Positions 22,693 through 32,048 of a DNA stretch of 39,908 nt are shown here, piece after piece. The DNA lies in assembly GCA_018671575.1 (NCBI GenBank), contig JABHHM010000026.1, positions 1-39,908 on the forward strand. Direction: 5' to 3'. The notes beneath the pieces were generated by a model. The model saw only the letters and a list, made by a program, of their open reading frames with translations. It was not told where the DNA came from and made no database searches. This stretch comes from Methylococcales bacterium. Lineage in GTDB: Bacteria > Pseudomonadota > Gammaproteobacteria > JABHGC01. Position numbers and translations under genes: made by a program. How positions within the stretch are numbered: position 1 is the stretch's first letter; each line of letters begins with the position of its first letter.

Positions 22693-24558
22693 TTAAATAT
22701 CTAGTTTCTTTATGGATTGTCGTCCACCATAAACGATATTTACAATGGCTCGTGTACCCATAATAGCCGTAAACATTGATGTAATAATGCCAATGGACAG
22801 CGTAATGGCAAAACCTTTAATTGCCCCAGTCCCAAAACTAAATAGAATAACTGCCGCAATAAACGTTGTAATGTTGGCATCCGCAATGGTTGATAATGCT
22901 TTTTCGTAGCCTGAAAAAATACTGGCTTGTGGGCTACTGCCATTGCGAATTTCTTCCCGTATTCTTTCAAATACCAATACATTGGCATCCACTGCCATAC
23001 CAACTGTTAAAACAATTCCAGCAATACCTGGTAATGTCAAAGTGGCTTGTAGCATGGATAAAATGGCTACAATGAGTATCAGATTAACCATTAATGCGGC
23101 ATTGGCAATAAGACCAAAGACTCGATAATAAAATCCCATGAATACCATTACAATTGCCAGGCCAATAACAACGGATAAAAACCCTTGGTCAATGCTTTCT
23201 TGACCTAAGCTAGGTCCAACGGTTCGTTCTTCAATGATTTCAATGGGAGCGGCTAAAGCACCTGCTCGAAGCAATATGGCAAGATTGCGAGCTTCTTTGG
23301 TAGAATCTAGTCCACTGATCATGAAACGTTTGCTGAAATGTTCTCGAATGGTGGCAATGTTAATAACTTCTTCAGTAACCGTGGTTTTTTTGACTTTTTT
23401 ACCATTGACCATTTTGGAAGTGGTTTTATATTCTATAAATACCACTGCCATGGGTTTGTTGACATTGGCAGCAGTGATTTTGCTCATTTTCTTAGCACCG
23501 ACACCATCCAGTGTGATGGTGACCATCGGTGTACCATTTTGTTGTTCAATGCCAGAAGCGGCATTGGTGATTTGGTCACCCGTTACAATGACTCGTTTTT
23601 TCAATAAAACGGGTTGTCTGGTGTCTCTTTCATAATAAAGTTTTGCAGAAGCAGGCACTCGACCTTGTACAGCGGCAGTCACATCATGTTCCGTATCACC
23701 CAGTCGAAATTCAAGGGTAGCTGTCGCCCCCAATAAATTTTTGACTTGTGCGGTATCTTGAACGCCAGGTAGTTGCACCACAATTCGGTCACTGCCTTGT
23801 TGTTGAATGACGGGTTCGGCAACACCCAGTTCATTAACACGATTGCGTAATGTGGTGATGTTTTGTTCGAGAGCGAATTTTTTAACCGCTTTACGTTCTC
23901 TTTCGCTGAGACGTGCTGTGACATAAAATAAACCTGATTCGTCTCTTTCTTCAACCTCTAAATCACCAAATTCTTTTTTAATGGCAGTAGTGGCTTTGTT
24001 TCTAATGTCTAGCTTGTTAAATTTTAATTCAATAGAATCAGAGAGTCTTTTGATGCCACGATAGCGAATTTTTTTATCGATTAAATGACGACGAATATCG
24101 CCCACATATCTTTCTTCTGATTTTTTGATGGCGGCATCCATGTCAACTTCAATTAATACATGAATTCCACCTCTTAAATCAAGCCCCATATACATTGGCA
24201 ATGCGCCAACTGATAACAGCCATTGTGGTGTTGCGGGTGCTAAATTTAATGCAACAGTATATTTATCCGTTAAAGCCTCTTTGATTTTGTCAGCGGCTTT
24301 TAATTGATCTTCAACTGAATGAAAACGAACCAAAAGGTCATCATTTTTCATTCTTTTGCTAGATAATGGTGTGATATTGGCTGTTTTGAGGGTGGATGCT
24401 ATTAATTTTTCTTTAGATTCATCCAGTTTTACGGTTCGAGTGGCTGAAATTTGCAGGGCAGGGTCTTCGCCAAACAGATTTGGTAAGGCATATAAGCCAC
24501 CGATTAATATGACAGAGGAAATTAATAGAGTTTTCCATAATGGATATTGATTCATCAT
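22693..24558 (-). CDS. secD: protein translocase subunit SecD
   Basis: GLDLRGG, RNRVNELGVAEP, VGPSLG, GMAVDANVLVFERIREE, DANITT. Confidence 0.98.
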   Translation of the reverse strand: MMNQYPLWKTLLISSVILIGGLYALPNLFGEDPALQISATRTVKLDESKEKLIASTLKTANITPLSSKRMKNDDLLVRFHSVEDQLKAADKIKEALTDKYTVALNLAPATPQWLLSVGALPMYMGLDLRGGIHVLIEVDMDAAIKKSEERYVGDIRRHLIDKKIRYRGIKRLSDSIELKFNKLDIRNKATTAIKKEFGDLEVEERDESGLFYVTARLSERERKAVKKFALEQNITTLRNRVNELGVAEPVIQQQGSDRIVVQLPGVQDTAQVKNLLGATATLEFRLGDTEHDVTAAVQGRVPASAKLYYERDTRQPVLLKKRVIVTGDQITNAASGIEQQNGTPMVTITLDGVGAKKMSKITAANVNKPMAVVFIEYKTTSKMVNGKKVKKTTVTEEVINIATIREHFSKRFMISGLDSTKEARNLAILLRAGALAAPIEIIEERTVGPSLGQESIDQGFLSVVIGLAIVMVFMGFYYRVFGLIANAALMVNLILIVAILSMLQATLTLPGIAGIVLTVGMAVDANVLVFERIREEIRNGSSPQASIFSGYEKALSTIADANITTFIAAVILFSFGTGAIKGFAITLSIGIITSMFTAIMGTRAIVNIVYGGRQSIKKLDI

Positions 24559-24726
24559 AGTGAGATACTTTGTTTATTATTAGAAGTTTGAAATAGAGCC
24601 GTAGACTATAGAACTTACAAGGGTAGGATGCAATATTATATGATAATATTTGTTGTGTAGTTATAGTGTCATAATATTATATGTATCGGAAAAACAAATT
24701 TAAAAGATAGATGTTTTTATTTTTGG

Positions 24727-24775
24727 TATGAAGAGATTGAGGTTTTTTTCTTCATTGTTTTCAGTGCTTCATGGT
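24727..24775. repeat. family D palindrome (degenerate)
   Basis: TATGAAG...CTTCATGGTAAAAA. Confidence 0.55.
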
Positions 24776-24901
24776 AAAAAAACTAGGTCAATTTCCAAAT
24801 GTTTATTGCGAGTTCTCTATAAGTAAAGCGGTTTCGTGATGATGATGTTTCAACCCTTCCTTCTTGATGCCATTACCATCTACTCTCCAATCCAAAGACT
24901 A

Positions 24902-25041
24902 GGAGGCTGTCCGAGAACTCATCTTTCCGCCAACTCTGCGTTAAAAATGGTCTCAAAATGCTCATTTACACATGTAAACTGCGCTTTTTCGACAATTTTA
25001 TGCCTTGATTTGACGAAAATCTGAGTTCTCGGACAGCCTCC
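24902..25041. mobile_element. MITE family A, intact 140-bp copy
   Basis: Perfect 20-bp TIR GGAGGCTGTCCGAGAACTCA; CTAG at both junctions (possible target duplication). Confidence 0.92.
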
Positions 25042-25059
25042 TAGAAGTAATTTGTTTTT

Positions 25060-25132
25060 AACCGCGAATGGATACCAATAAACACACATAGTATTGATTG
25101 AAAATAGTGTTTATCCGTATTTATTCACGGTT
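25060..25132. repeat. REP-like long imperfect palindrome
   Basis: AACCGCGAATGGATACCAATAAACAC...GTGTTTATCCGTATTTATTCACGGTT. Confidence 0.65.
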
Positions 25133-25529
25133 CTAAAGTGTATTTTGCTAGTTTATTCGAAAGGCATATGTTCAATATGCCCTCATTAAGTGTTTTAAGC
25201 AAAGTGTAACCATTTATTGTGTTATATCTTGTTATAAGAAATTCCCATTTATACGCGCTACATCATTATAAAAATCTAAAATTGACCACTTGTCCTCAAG
25301 ATTCGACCACCCAGTCCTTATTAGGGGTTTACCCCCTATTCTTTTTTTTTATTCTCGTATATTCTTTAAACATCAGCAGCGGAAAGGTTTAATCTTAGTC
25401 GAAATTGAGTAAGTTATTTAAACTGAATAGACAATACCAATAATGGTTTAAATACTTGTCTTGCTTCGACTAATACTGATAAATATTACACATTAAAGCT
25501 TATTATATAAAAATATTGGAGAAATACTT

Positions 25530-25808
25530 ATGAAAAATTCAACTAACAAAATTGCAATGAAAACACGTCAGCTTGGTCAAGGCATGTCAGAGTATATTAT
25601 TATAGTGGCTTTGGTCGCTGTGGCGGCGATTGGTGTGGCAGGTTTCTTTGGTGATACGATTGAGCATCAGATGGCTGCGATGTCAGAAGAAATATCTGGT
25701 GGTAATGGCGGTAATTCTATTCAAAGTTCTGTTCAGTCGGCTGGAAAAGCCAATGCGGCAGCTACTATTGAATCGAAGATGGGAACTTATGATACTAAAA
25801 ACAACTAA
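25530..25808 (+). CDS. flp: Flp family (type IVb/IVc) major pilin
   Basis: Prepilin motif G|QGMSEY followed by hydrophobic IIIVALVAVAAIGV; GGAG RBS. Confidence 0.88.
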   Translation: MKNSTNKIAMKTRQLGQGMSEYIIIVALVAVAAIGVAGFFGDTIEHQMAAMSEEISGGNGGNSIQSSVQSAGKANAAATIESKMGTYDTKNN

Positions 25809-25820
25809 GTATTTAGTCTA

Positions 25821-25850
25821 GTATGCAAAACCAATTAGGGTTTTGCATAC
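25821..25850 (+). promoter_or_regulatory. strong hairpin after the pilin gene (mRNA stabiliser or partial terminator)
   Basis: GTATGCAAAACC-AATTAG-GGTTTTGCATAC, perfect 12-bp stem, no immediate U tract. Confidence 0.6.
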
Positions 25851-25894
25851 CCACTTAACTTATTATTTCTCATTGTTTTTTATCTAAGAAAATA

Positions 25895-27199
25895 ATGAAA
25901 AGTGATAACCAGCTACACCCCACATTGAATCAGGGGAACTCAATGAAACCAAAGAACATCATCAAAAAAATCAAACAAACGGGACAGTCTACCATTTTAA
26001 TGTTGACTGTTTTAGCCGTTGCATTACCTGCCATTGTCATTTTATATAATTCAGGAAAAGCCACCACAACCAAAATGGAAGTGGTGAATGCGGCTGATGC
26101 ATCGGCTTACAGTGGTGCTATTTGGGCTGCTAGAAATCTGAATTTTATGGCTTACACCAATCGAGCCATGGTGTCTAACCATATATTGGTCGGGCATTTT
26201 GTCAGTTATGCTTCCTGGTTAAGGTATGTTGATGATGATATGGGTAAAATAGCCTCAGTGCTGTCTTTTATTCCTTTTGTCGGTTCAGCGGTGAGTGCCA
26301 TTTCATCCGTGGTCTCATTAACGAGAACATTAACTGATGTGGCAGGGCATGTTTTGGTGCCGATGGTGGATGCTTTGAACACTTTTTATCACAGTGCCCA
26401 AGTTTTAGCGAAAATGTATGGTTTTTATGCCGTACCAGAAATTATGAAAGAAACAGCCAAGCGTTATGACCCTGAAATAAAAATCAATGACATTGATGCC
26501 TTGGATGATGACTTTGTTAAATACAGTGGTATCTATAATCTGGTGCGGAATAACGTGGCAATGTTTACCTTTACCAAACGTTATACGCCGAGTAGTGATG
26601 GTGGCATTATTGCGGGACTAACCCGAGACAGTTTTGGTGGCTCAAGGGCATGGATAGAAGGCAGTGCCAGAAGTACAGGATCAAAAACCCTTTTTCCAGT
26701 CAAAATAAGAAAAAGAGGAGAAACCACCATGACGGATGATATGTCTGACTGGAATGCCCACGATGAAAGAGAGGTTAGCATGTTTAACTTCAAAAAAATG
26801 AAATGGGGTGATTGGTCAACTTTGAGTAGCGGTGAAGCATCTGCCAGAGGATATTGGAGTCAATACCAAGGGGTTAGAGGTTATTATGGCTTAAATAATC
26901 AAACGGGAATAGATCAAACCTTGTATTTAACTGCATTTGCCAGTAAACCGACTGAAAACATGAAGCTTGACAGTAAAATGGGAATCAATGATAGAGGTCC
27001 TAATGATCCTTATAAAGTTCACAATATTTCTGCCGTCAGTCGAGCATTGATTTATCACAAGCGTCCAGATGCTAGTTTGGGCTGGGGGTTAGGTAATGGT
27101 AATTCAAATGCATCACCCAGTGGTGAATATTCGAACCTGTTTAACCCTTTTTGGGAAGTTAGATTGGACGAAGTTAAATTAGCTGGCTTACCAATATGA
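25895..27199 (+). CDS. TadG-like tip pseudopilin
   Basis: G|QSTIL plus TM without Glu5, NAADASAYSGA, LNFMAYTNRAMV, C-terminal E..NLFNPFWEVRL; true start may be the later MKPK. Confidence 0.8.
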   Translation: MKSDNQLHPTLNQGNSMKPKNIIKKIKQTGQSTILMLTVLAVALPAIVILYNSGKATTTKMEVVNAADASAYSGAIWAARNLNFMAYTNRAMVSNHILVGHFVSYASWLRYVDDDMGKIASVLSFIPFVGSAVSAISSVVSLTRTLTDVAGHVLVPMVDALNTFYHSAQVLAKMYGFYAVPEIMKETAKRYDPEIKINDIDALDDDFVKYSGIYNLVRNNVAMFTFTKRYTPSSDGGIIAGLTRDSFGGSRAWIEGSARSTGSKTLFPVKIRKRGETTMTDDMSDWNAHDEREVSMFNFKKMKWGDWSTLSSGEASARGYWSQYQGVRGYYGLNNQTGIDQTLYLTAFASKPTENMKLDSKMGINDRGPNDPYKVHNISAVSRALIYHKRPDASLGWGLGNGNSNASPSGEYSNLFNPFWEVRLDEVKLAGLPI

Positions 27200-27207
27200 T
27201 GAATAAA

Positions 27208-27260
27208 GCTGAGTTGAGTAGCTTGTCTGCTCGAACGAAACTTATCCCTTTATGGGATAA
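27208..27260. repeat. family C repeat, copy 3
   Basis: GCTGAGTTGAGTAGCTTGTCTGCTCGAACGAAACTTATCCCTTTATGGGATAA. Confidence 0.8.
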
Positions 27261-27328
27261 ATTGGTAATAAGCCTAATTAATATAAGTGTTGATGTCGTC
27301 TATAATAATGATGTCAAAGTCAGTTTAA

Positions 27329-28102
27329 ATGGAGAGCAGGATGTTTAAATCAAAAGGTCAGGCTACCTCAGAATTTGTGATCATAGGCACAGCCGTTTTT
27401 GTCCCCATTTTTTTAATGTTGCCAATAATGAGCAAATACACCGACATGAAACAAAAAGCATCAGAAGCCAGTCGTTATGCTGTGTGGGAAAGAACAGTCT
27501 GGTCTGATCCGAATGCCAGTTGGAATGATGGTGAAAATACCAAAACTGATGCAGTGATTGCACAGGAAATTAATGATCGTGTTTTTGGTCATATTTTACA
27601 AGGAATGACCTCAAATAGAGTAGAAAATACAACCTGGAAAGATGAAAATGGTGCTCCTCTGATTAAAAGTGTCAAATTAAACAAAATGAATGAAGAAGAA
27701 GTGCCTGTTAGACCGACTCAAGCTCTGGCAGTGTTTGAACAAGTGGCATATGGTGGAGGAATTTTTGAAACATTGGGTCATAAAGGTTTAGATTTAGGTA
27801 AAAAGACATTCTCAGATGCCGAAGTTGAAGTGACCGTGAATAATATCACTGTGCCAGGTGTTGTTTCGGAAATAAAAATGACCTCGTCTGCAGGTATTTT
27901 AAGTAGCAGTTGGTCAGCCCCATCTCAGCAAGAGTTTTATGATCGTTTAAGTAAGCTTGGTCCTGCCAAAGGTGTAAACACTTTAATGTCTCCAGCAGAT
28001 TTACTTTGTCAAATTCCGTTGTTATATAAAGAAGGCTGTAATGCTAAAACAGTTGAGCTAGAAGCAGATTGGACGGTGGTTCCCAATGCAAAGAAAAAAT
28101 AA
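27329..28102 (+). CDS. TadE/TadF-like pseudopilin
   Basis: G|QATSEF plus TM, ASRYAVWERTVW; probable start at MFKSKG (27341). Confidence 0.8.
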   Translation: MESRMFKSKGQATSEFVIIGTAVFVPIFLMLPIMSKYTDMKQKASEASRYAVWERTVWSDPNASWNDGENTKTDAVIAQEINDRVFGHILQGMTSNRVENTTWKDENGAPLIKSVKLNKMNEEEVPVRPTQALAVFEQVAYGGGIFETLGHKGLDLGKKTFSDAEVEVTVNNITVPGVVSEIKMTSSAGILSSSWSAPSQQEFYDRLSKLGPAKGVNTLMSPADLLCQIPLLYKEGCNAKTVELEADWTVVPNAKKK

Positions 28103-28103
28103 T

Positions 28104-28268
28104 ATGATGAAAAAAATAATCAAAAAACAACTGGGTATGTCAATGACTGAGTATGTTGTCATGGGTGGCGCACTTGTGATCTCATTTGCTGCAGTTAAAG
28201 ATGATGTGCTTCCCCTTATTATTGAGTTTTATGATGAGTATATGTGGACATTGGCAATGCCGTTGTAA
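28104..28268 (+). CDS. small minor pilin
   Basis: Basic leader, G|MSMTEY plus hydrophobic segment; directly follows the TadE-like gene. Confidence 0.7.
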   Translation: MMKKIIKKQLGMSMTEYVVMGGALVISFAAVKDDVLPLIIEFYDEYMWTLAMPL

Positions 28269-28352
28269 AGTTACTCTGTTCTGTTCAAATCCATTAACGT
28301 AGAATTTAATAGAACATAGTGCCTAACGGGTAAATACTGTTTGTTATTTATT

Positions 28353-28408
28353 TCACCATAAGAAGCACATGAAAACAAAATTCATTATCGTCATGCATTT
28401 CATTGTGA
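28353..28408. repeat. degenerate family D palindrome
   Basis: TCACCAT...CATGAAA...TCATG..TTTCATTGTGA. Confidence 0.35.
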
Positions 28409-28446
28409 GAATGAGTGCTTTAGTCGGTATATTTCAACAATTTTTA

Positions 28447-28740
28447 TTAGTCCGAAAATACTCGCTGAAATACTTCATTAATCTTTTCTGCTGTGAATAT
28501 ATTTTCTATCCACTCTAGTATTGTTTACTGTTCATTTGATAAATATGGGTCTCAGCATCTTCTGGTATTGAGCCGAATTTGTTTCATTTGACGCAGTAAA
28601 ATTGTAGTCTCACCGTGCTACGTTTCTTGGTGTGTGCTTGCTTTTCTAACCACAATTTTCCAATCATCAACTCTTTCTAACATTGTTCTCACCTCATGCA
28701 GGTCATTCAACTCTGGTATTGGTTGTTTATGCCATTTTCG
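28447..28740 (-). pseudogene. remnant of the C-terminus of an Rpn-family/DUF4351 protein
   Basis: Manual translation across one stop and two frameshifts: IPELNDLHEVRTMLERVDDW...*HGETTILLRQM / KFGSIPEDAETHIYQMNSKQ / LEWIENIFTAEKINEVF. Confidence 0.7.
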
Positions 28741-28987
28741 TGAAAATAAAAGTCGTTTAATCGCACATTGTGAATGTTCATTCTATATATCATTATGATA
28801 CATAGGGACAAAATTTATTTAATATTTCTCATTTGCAAAGATAAAAGCGGTGAAAGTTTGTGTAATAAAAAATATTTTCGTGACCTATACTAAAATTAGT
28901 GATTAAAAAATCAGTGTTCATTAAGTGTTTAATCAATGCAGTTTGCTCGTTAGGCCATGGTGCTCTAACAAAATAAGGAAAATAAAG

Positions 28988-31858
28988 ATGAAAAAAATAT
29001 TTCATTTCATATTTTGTGCCATGTTATCAGTGATGTCATCTTCGTCGTATGCGTTCAAAATTGATACGCATATATGGATTGGTCAGCAGATTATTAATGA
29101 CCTGAAATCAAATATACCCCATGGTCAATTAACATTTAATTATGATTTCGATGAATTTGGTAATTCTAAAGAAGTTAAAATTCCCATAGTTTGGGATACT
29201 TATATGAAAGTTACGGGTTTTTTTGAAGCATTTTTATTAGGAAATATGGGACCCGATGCTACACCTGATATGATTGTTGGACAGAGCGTTATTCATCCAG
29301 GAATTAATCCAGAAAAAAACAATGCAGATGATTGGAAAACAAATCAATGGTTGATGCACATGAGAACTTATGCATATCTGCTAATGGAGGACAAAGGTCC
29401 TTGGGTTTCACATCAACTTGTATCAAATCCTTATTATCATGGTGTTTTAGCTCATGCCGCTGCCGATGTTTTTGCTCACACTTATGTTAATCAATATTCA
29501 GGTGATGTGTTTGATTTAAACGATGGAGAAACCCTGGTTGAACAACGGCATTATGTATTGGAAGGATTTATCTCAAAGCATACACCACCTCTCAAAAATC
29601 ATAAAGGGGATTTGATTGGTGAACCATGGGAAGTAGTACAATCCGACGCCAACACCACAGGAGATCTTGTGAAGTATTCCGAATATGTCAGGGATGTATT
29701 GATATATAACGACGATGTACAAGAGCAATATTTGAAAGTGCCAACGGCTACTCATTTGGCTGCATTTTATGAATTTAGAAAGGGAATTGATAATCTGGAA
29801 GAAAAGTATAAAGAAATAGATAACCAAATAAGTAAGTATCTGCTTCCTTTTATAGCTCGAGACAGTGGTTTAAATAGTATTCTTGTAGGTGACTTTAGTG
29901 AGCTTAATAATCTGGCTACAAAAGTGCTTGAGGAACTGAATAAAGGTAATGAGGACATAAGGCAATTAGTTTCTGATTTGGAGTTTGAATCACGTATAGC
30001 CAATGAAAAAATATTTAACGTGCTGAAATCGACTGTTTTGGATGTGAAAGATTTAGAAAAAGAATGGGTGTCAACACTACAAAAATGGCGTGAAAAGTTA
30101 ATAGAAGTTGCCAGTTTACCTGCAATCCCTGTTTGTCCGAAGATATTTGATAAAGTATGCGAAGAACAAAAAAGAATCATTGAGCAATCCAATAAACTGA
30201 TTATTGATGCGTCTAATGCGCTTGAAAATAAAACTTTGTCTCTAAAAAATGACCTGATTGATAGAACAATTGATATCACTGAAGAAATTCAAAAAATTCC
30301 AGAAATATTGTTAAAAATAGATCAGGCTATTGCGGAACTGGAAAAATTGGGAATGGGGTTTTTGTGGCCTAAACCTTATAACAAGTTCGACTTCATTTTC
30401 ATTAACTGGAAAGAACGCTACGACACCGCCATGTCTGAATACGTCAAAGCATCCACTCAATCCATGATCAATGCAATGAACCCCAACGCAAGCGCATTAG
30501 AACCTATGGCAAAATGGTTCGAATGCCACCATTTGAGTATCATTGGTTTACCTGGTCAGGAAGTTTGTGGTATTAAAAATATGCTGGGTGAAATTCATGA
30601 GGCAGTCAAACACATTACAAAAATTTTAGACCAAGCCAATATTCTGGGTTCATCATTGCCATTACCCACACCCTCTGATTTATTAGAATTTGTAGACAAA
30701 GAAGTACAAAGCTTAGTCGATAAGTTTAAGGCTAAAGCAATAGATCAACTCCCCGAAAATGTTAAACAAATATTGACTCTTCTGGATGAAGACATAACGG
30801 ATGAAACCTTAAATAAATATTTCACCATAAAAGAAACGGGCTACCCTAAAAAAGGCTTAATCCAGATTCCTAATATGGCAAAAAGAATCAAGGCAGAAAT
30901 GCACTTGACGCCCGATGGACATTTTGATCCTAAAAAATACCCTGTGATTTATAATGCCTTGGTGATGGCAAAATTATCTTTGCTGGACAAAGAGGGATTT
31001 ACGAAATTAGCCGAAGCATTGAATGTTACAGATCACACTCAATATATGGGTGAGTTTAAAAATATTGTCGGACAAGCATTTAAAAATATTGATGTTGGTT
31101 ATCAATGGATGGAAAATCCACCACCTGTGCCAAATAGCTTGAATAAATATAATCTTGCTGATATCAAATCCTATTCAACAGATTTTGGTTTTCTTCCTTG
31201 GAAAGGCGATATGCGGGATAAAATGTTCAGGAAACTATTTATTGGTCCATTGTCTCCAGGTATCGATAGTCCAAAAGAAATCGGTTTTTCGAATATTGTC
31301 GGCTCACAATATCCCTATAAAGTCTGTTCTGCAAATCCCTTTCCTGATGATATCTATGACAAAAGATGTCTGGGAGAACCCAATGATGGGGGTAACGGAG
31401 GTGGTGGTGGAAGCGGGGAGGGAGGTTCTTGTGCCTCAGAATCAGCTACACAAAAAATGCCATATCAGTCAATATATTTAAAAAACTTACGCTCATTTCG
31501 TGACAATGAATTGAGCCAGTCTGAGAATGGTCAAAAAATTACCCAACTGTATTATAAGCATTCCAAAGAAGTGAAAGAAATGATGAAAAAAGATGTTTAT
31601 TTAAGATTGTTGGGTATTCGATTAATATTGCGATCTGTCTATGCCTTTAATCCAAAACAAGTTAAAAAGGACGTTGTACCTCTGGATAAAAATTATTCAA
31701 AACTTGCCATCCGTTTTCTTGAACAAGCCCAGAAAAATGGCAGTGAAGAACTTGTTGATGATTTTAATGAATTAAAAGTATTGGTCGGATCACTTAAAGG
31801 ATTGACCGCACAAGAAGTGCTGGATGAAATCAAATCAATGAGTGATATTTCAGAATAA
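28988..31858 (+). CDS. secreted Zn-dependent phospholipase C/P1-nuclease-family protein with CFI-box-CTERM-like tail
   Basis: Signal peptide SSYA|FKIDTH; GPD, HAAADVFAH and RHYVLE Zn-ligand pattern; Gly linker, then C...LRSFRDNEL...G.KI..LYYKHS; AAGGA RBS before the ATG at 28988. Confidence 0.7.
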   Translation: MKKIFHFIFCAMLSVMSSSSYAFKIDTHIWIGQQIINDLKSNIPHGQLTFNYDFDEFGNSKEVKIPIVWDTYMKVTGFFEAFLLGNMGPDATPDMIVGQSVIHPGINPEKNNADDWKTNQWLMHMRTYAYLLMEDKGPWVSHQLVSNPYYHGVLAHAAADVFAHTYVNQYSGDVFDLNDGETLVEQRHYVLEGFISKHTPPLKNHKGDLIGEPWEVVQSDANTTGDLVKYSEYVRDVLIYNDDVQEQYLKVPTATHLAAFYEFRKGIDNLEEKYKEIDNQISKYLLPFIARDSGLNSILVGDFSELNNLATKVLEELNKGNEDIRQLVSDLEFESRIANEKIFNVLKSTVLDVKDLEKEWVSTLQKWREKLIEVASLPAIPVCPKIFDKVCEEQKRIIEQSNKLIIDASNALENKTLSLKNDLIDRTIDITEEIQKIPEILLKIDQAIAELEKLGMGFLWPKPYNKFDFIFINWKERYDTAMSEYVKASTQSMINAMNPNASALEPMAKWFECHHLSIIGLPGQEVCGIKNMLGEIHEAVKHITKILDQANILGSSLPLPTPSDLLEFVDKEVQSLVDKFKAKAIDQLPENVKQILTLLDEDITDETLNKYFTIKETGYPKKGLIQIPNMAKRIKAEMHLTPDGHFDPKKYPVIYNALVMAKLSLLDKEGFTKLAEALNVTDHTQYMGEFKNIVGQAFKNIDVGYQWMENPPPVPNSLNKYNLADIKSYSTDFGFLPWKGDMRDKMFRKLFIGPLSPGIDSPKEIGFSNIVGSQYPYKVCSANPFPDDIYDKRCLGEPNDGGNGGGGGSGEGGSCASESATQKMPYQSIYLKNLRSFRDNELSQSENGQKITQLYYKHSKEVKEMMKKDVYLRLLGIRLILRSVYAFNPKQVKKDVVPLDKNYSKLAIRFLEQAQKNGSEELVDDFNELKVLVGSLKGLTAQEVLDEIKSMSDISE

Positions 31859-31886
31859 ATGACAAGTATTATAAGGATATAATGTA

Positions 31887-32011
31887 GGAGTTCTGTCTGA
31901 GAACTCGTCTTTCCGCTGGTTCTGTGTTAAAAATGGTCGCAAAATGCTCATTTATACACATAAACTGTACTTTTCGACAATTTTATGCCTTGATTTGACG
32001 AAAATCTGAGT
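31887..32011. mobile_element. MITE family A, degenerate copy with truncated right end
   Basis: GGAGTTCTGTCTGAGAACTCG...TTTTATGCCTTGATTTGACGAAAATCTGAGT. Confidence 0.85.
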
Positions 32012-32048
32012 GAGTGGTGATATCGGTTAAATTATTTAAACCACTGAA

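Noticed and set aside
24836-25024. 62-aa ORF
   Set aside because: Mostly a translation of MITE A
31384-31430. G-rich tract as a possible G-quadruplex
   Set aside because: Explained by the Gly-rich linker codons
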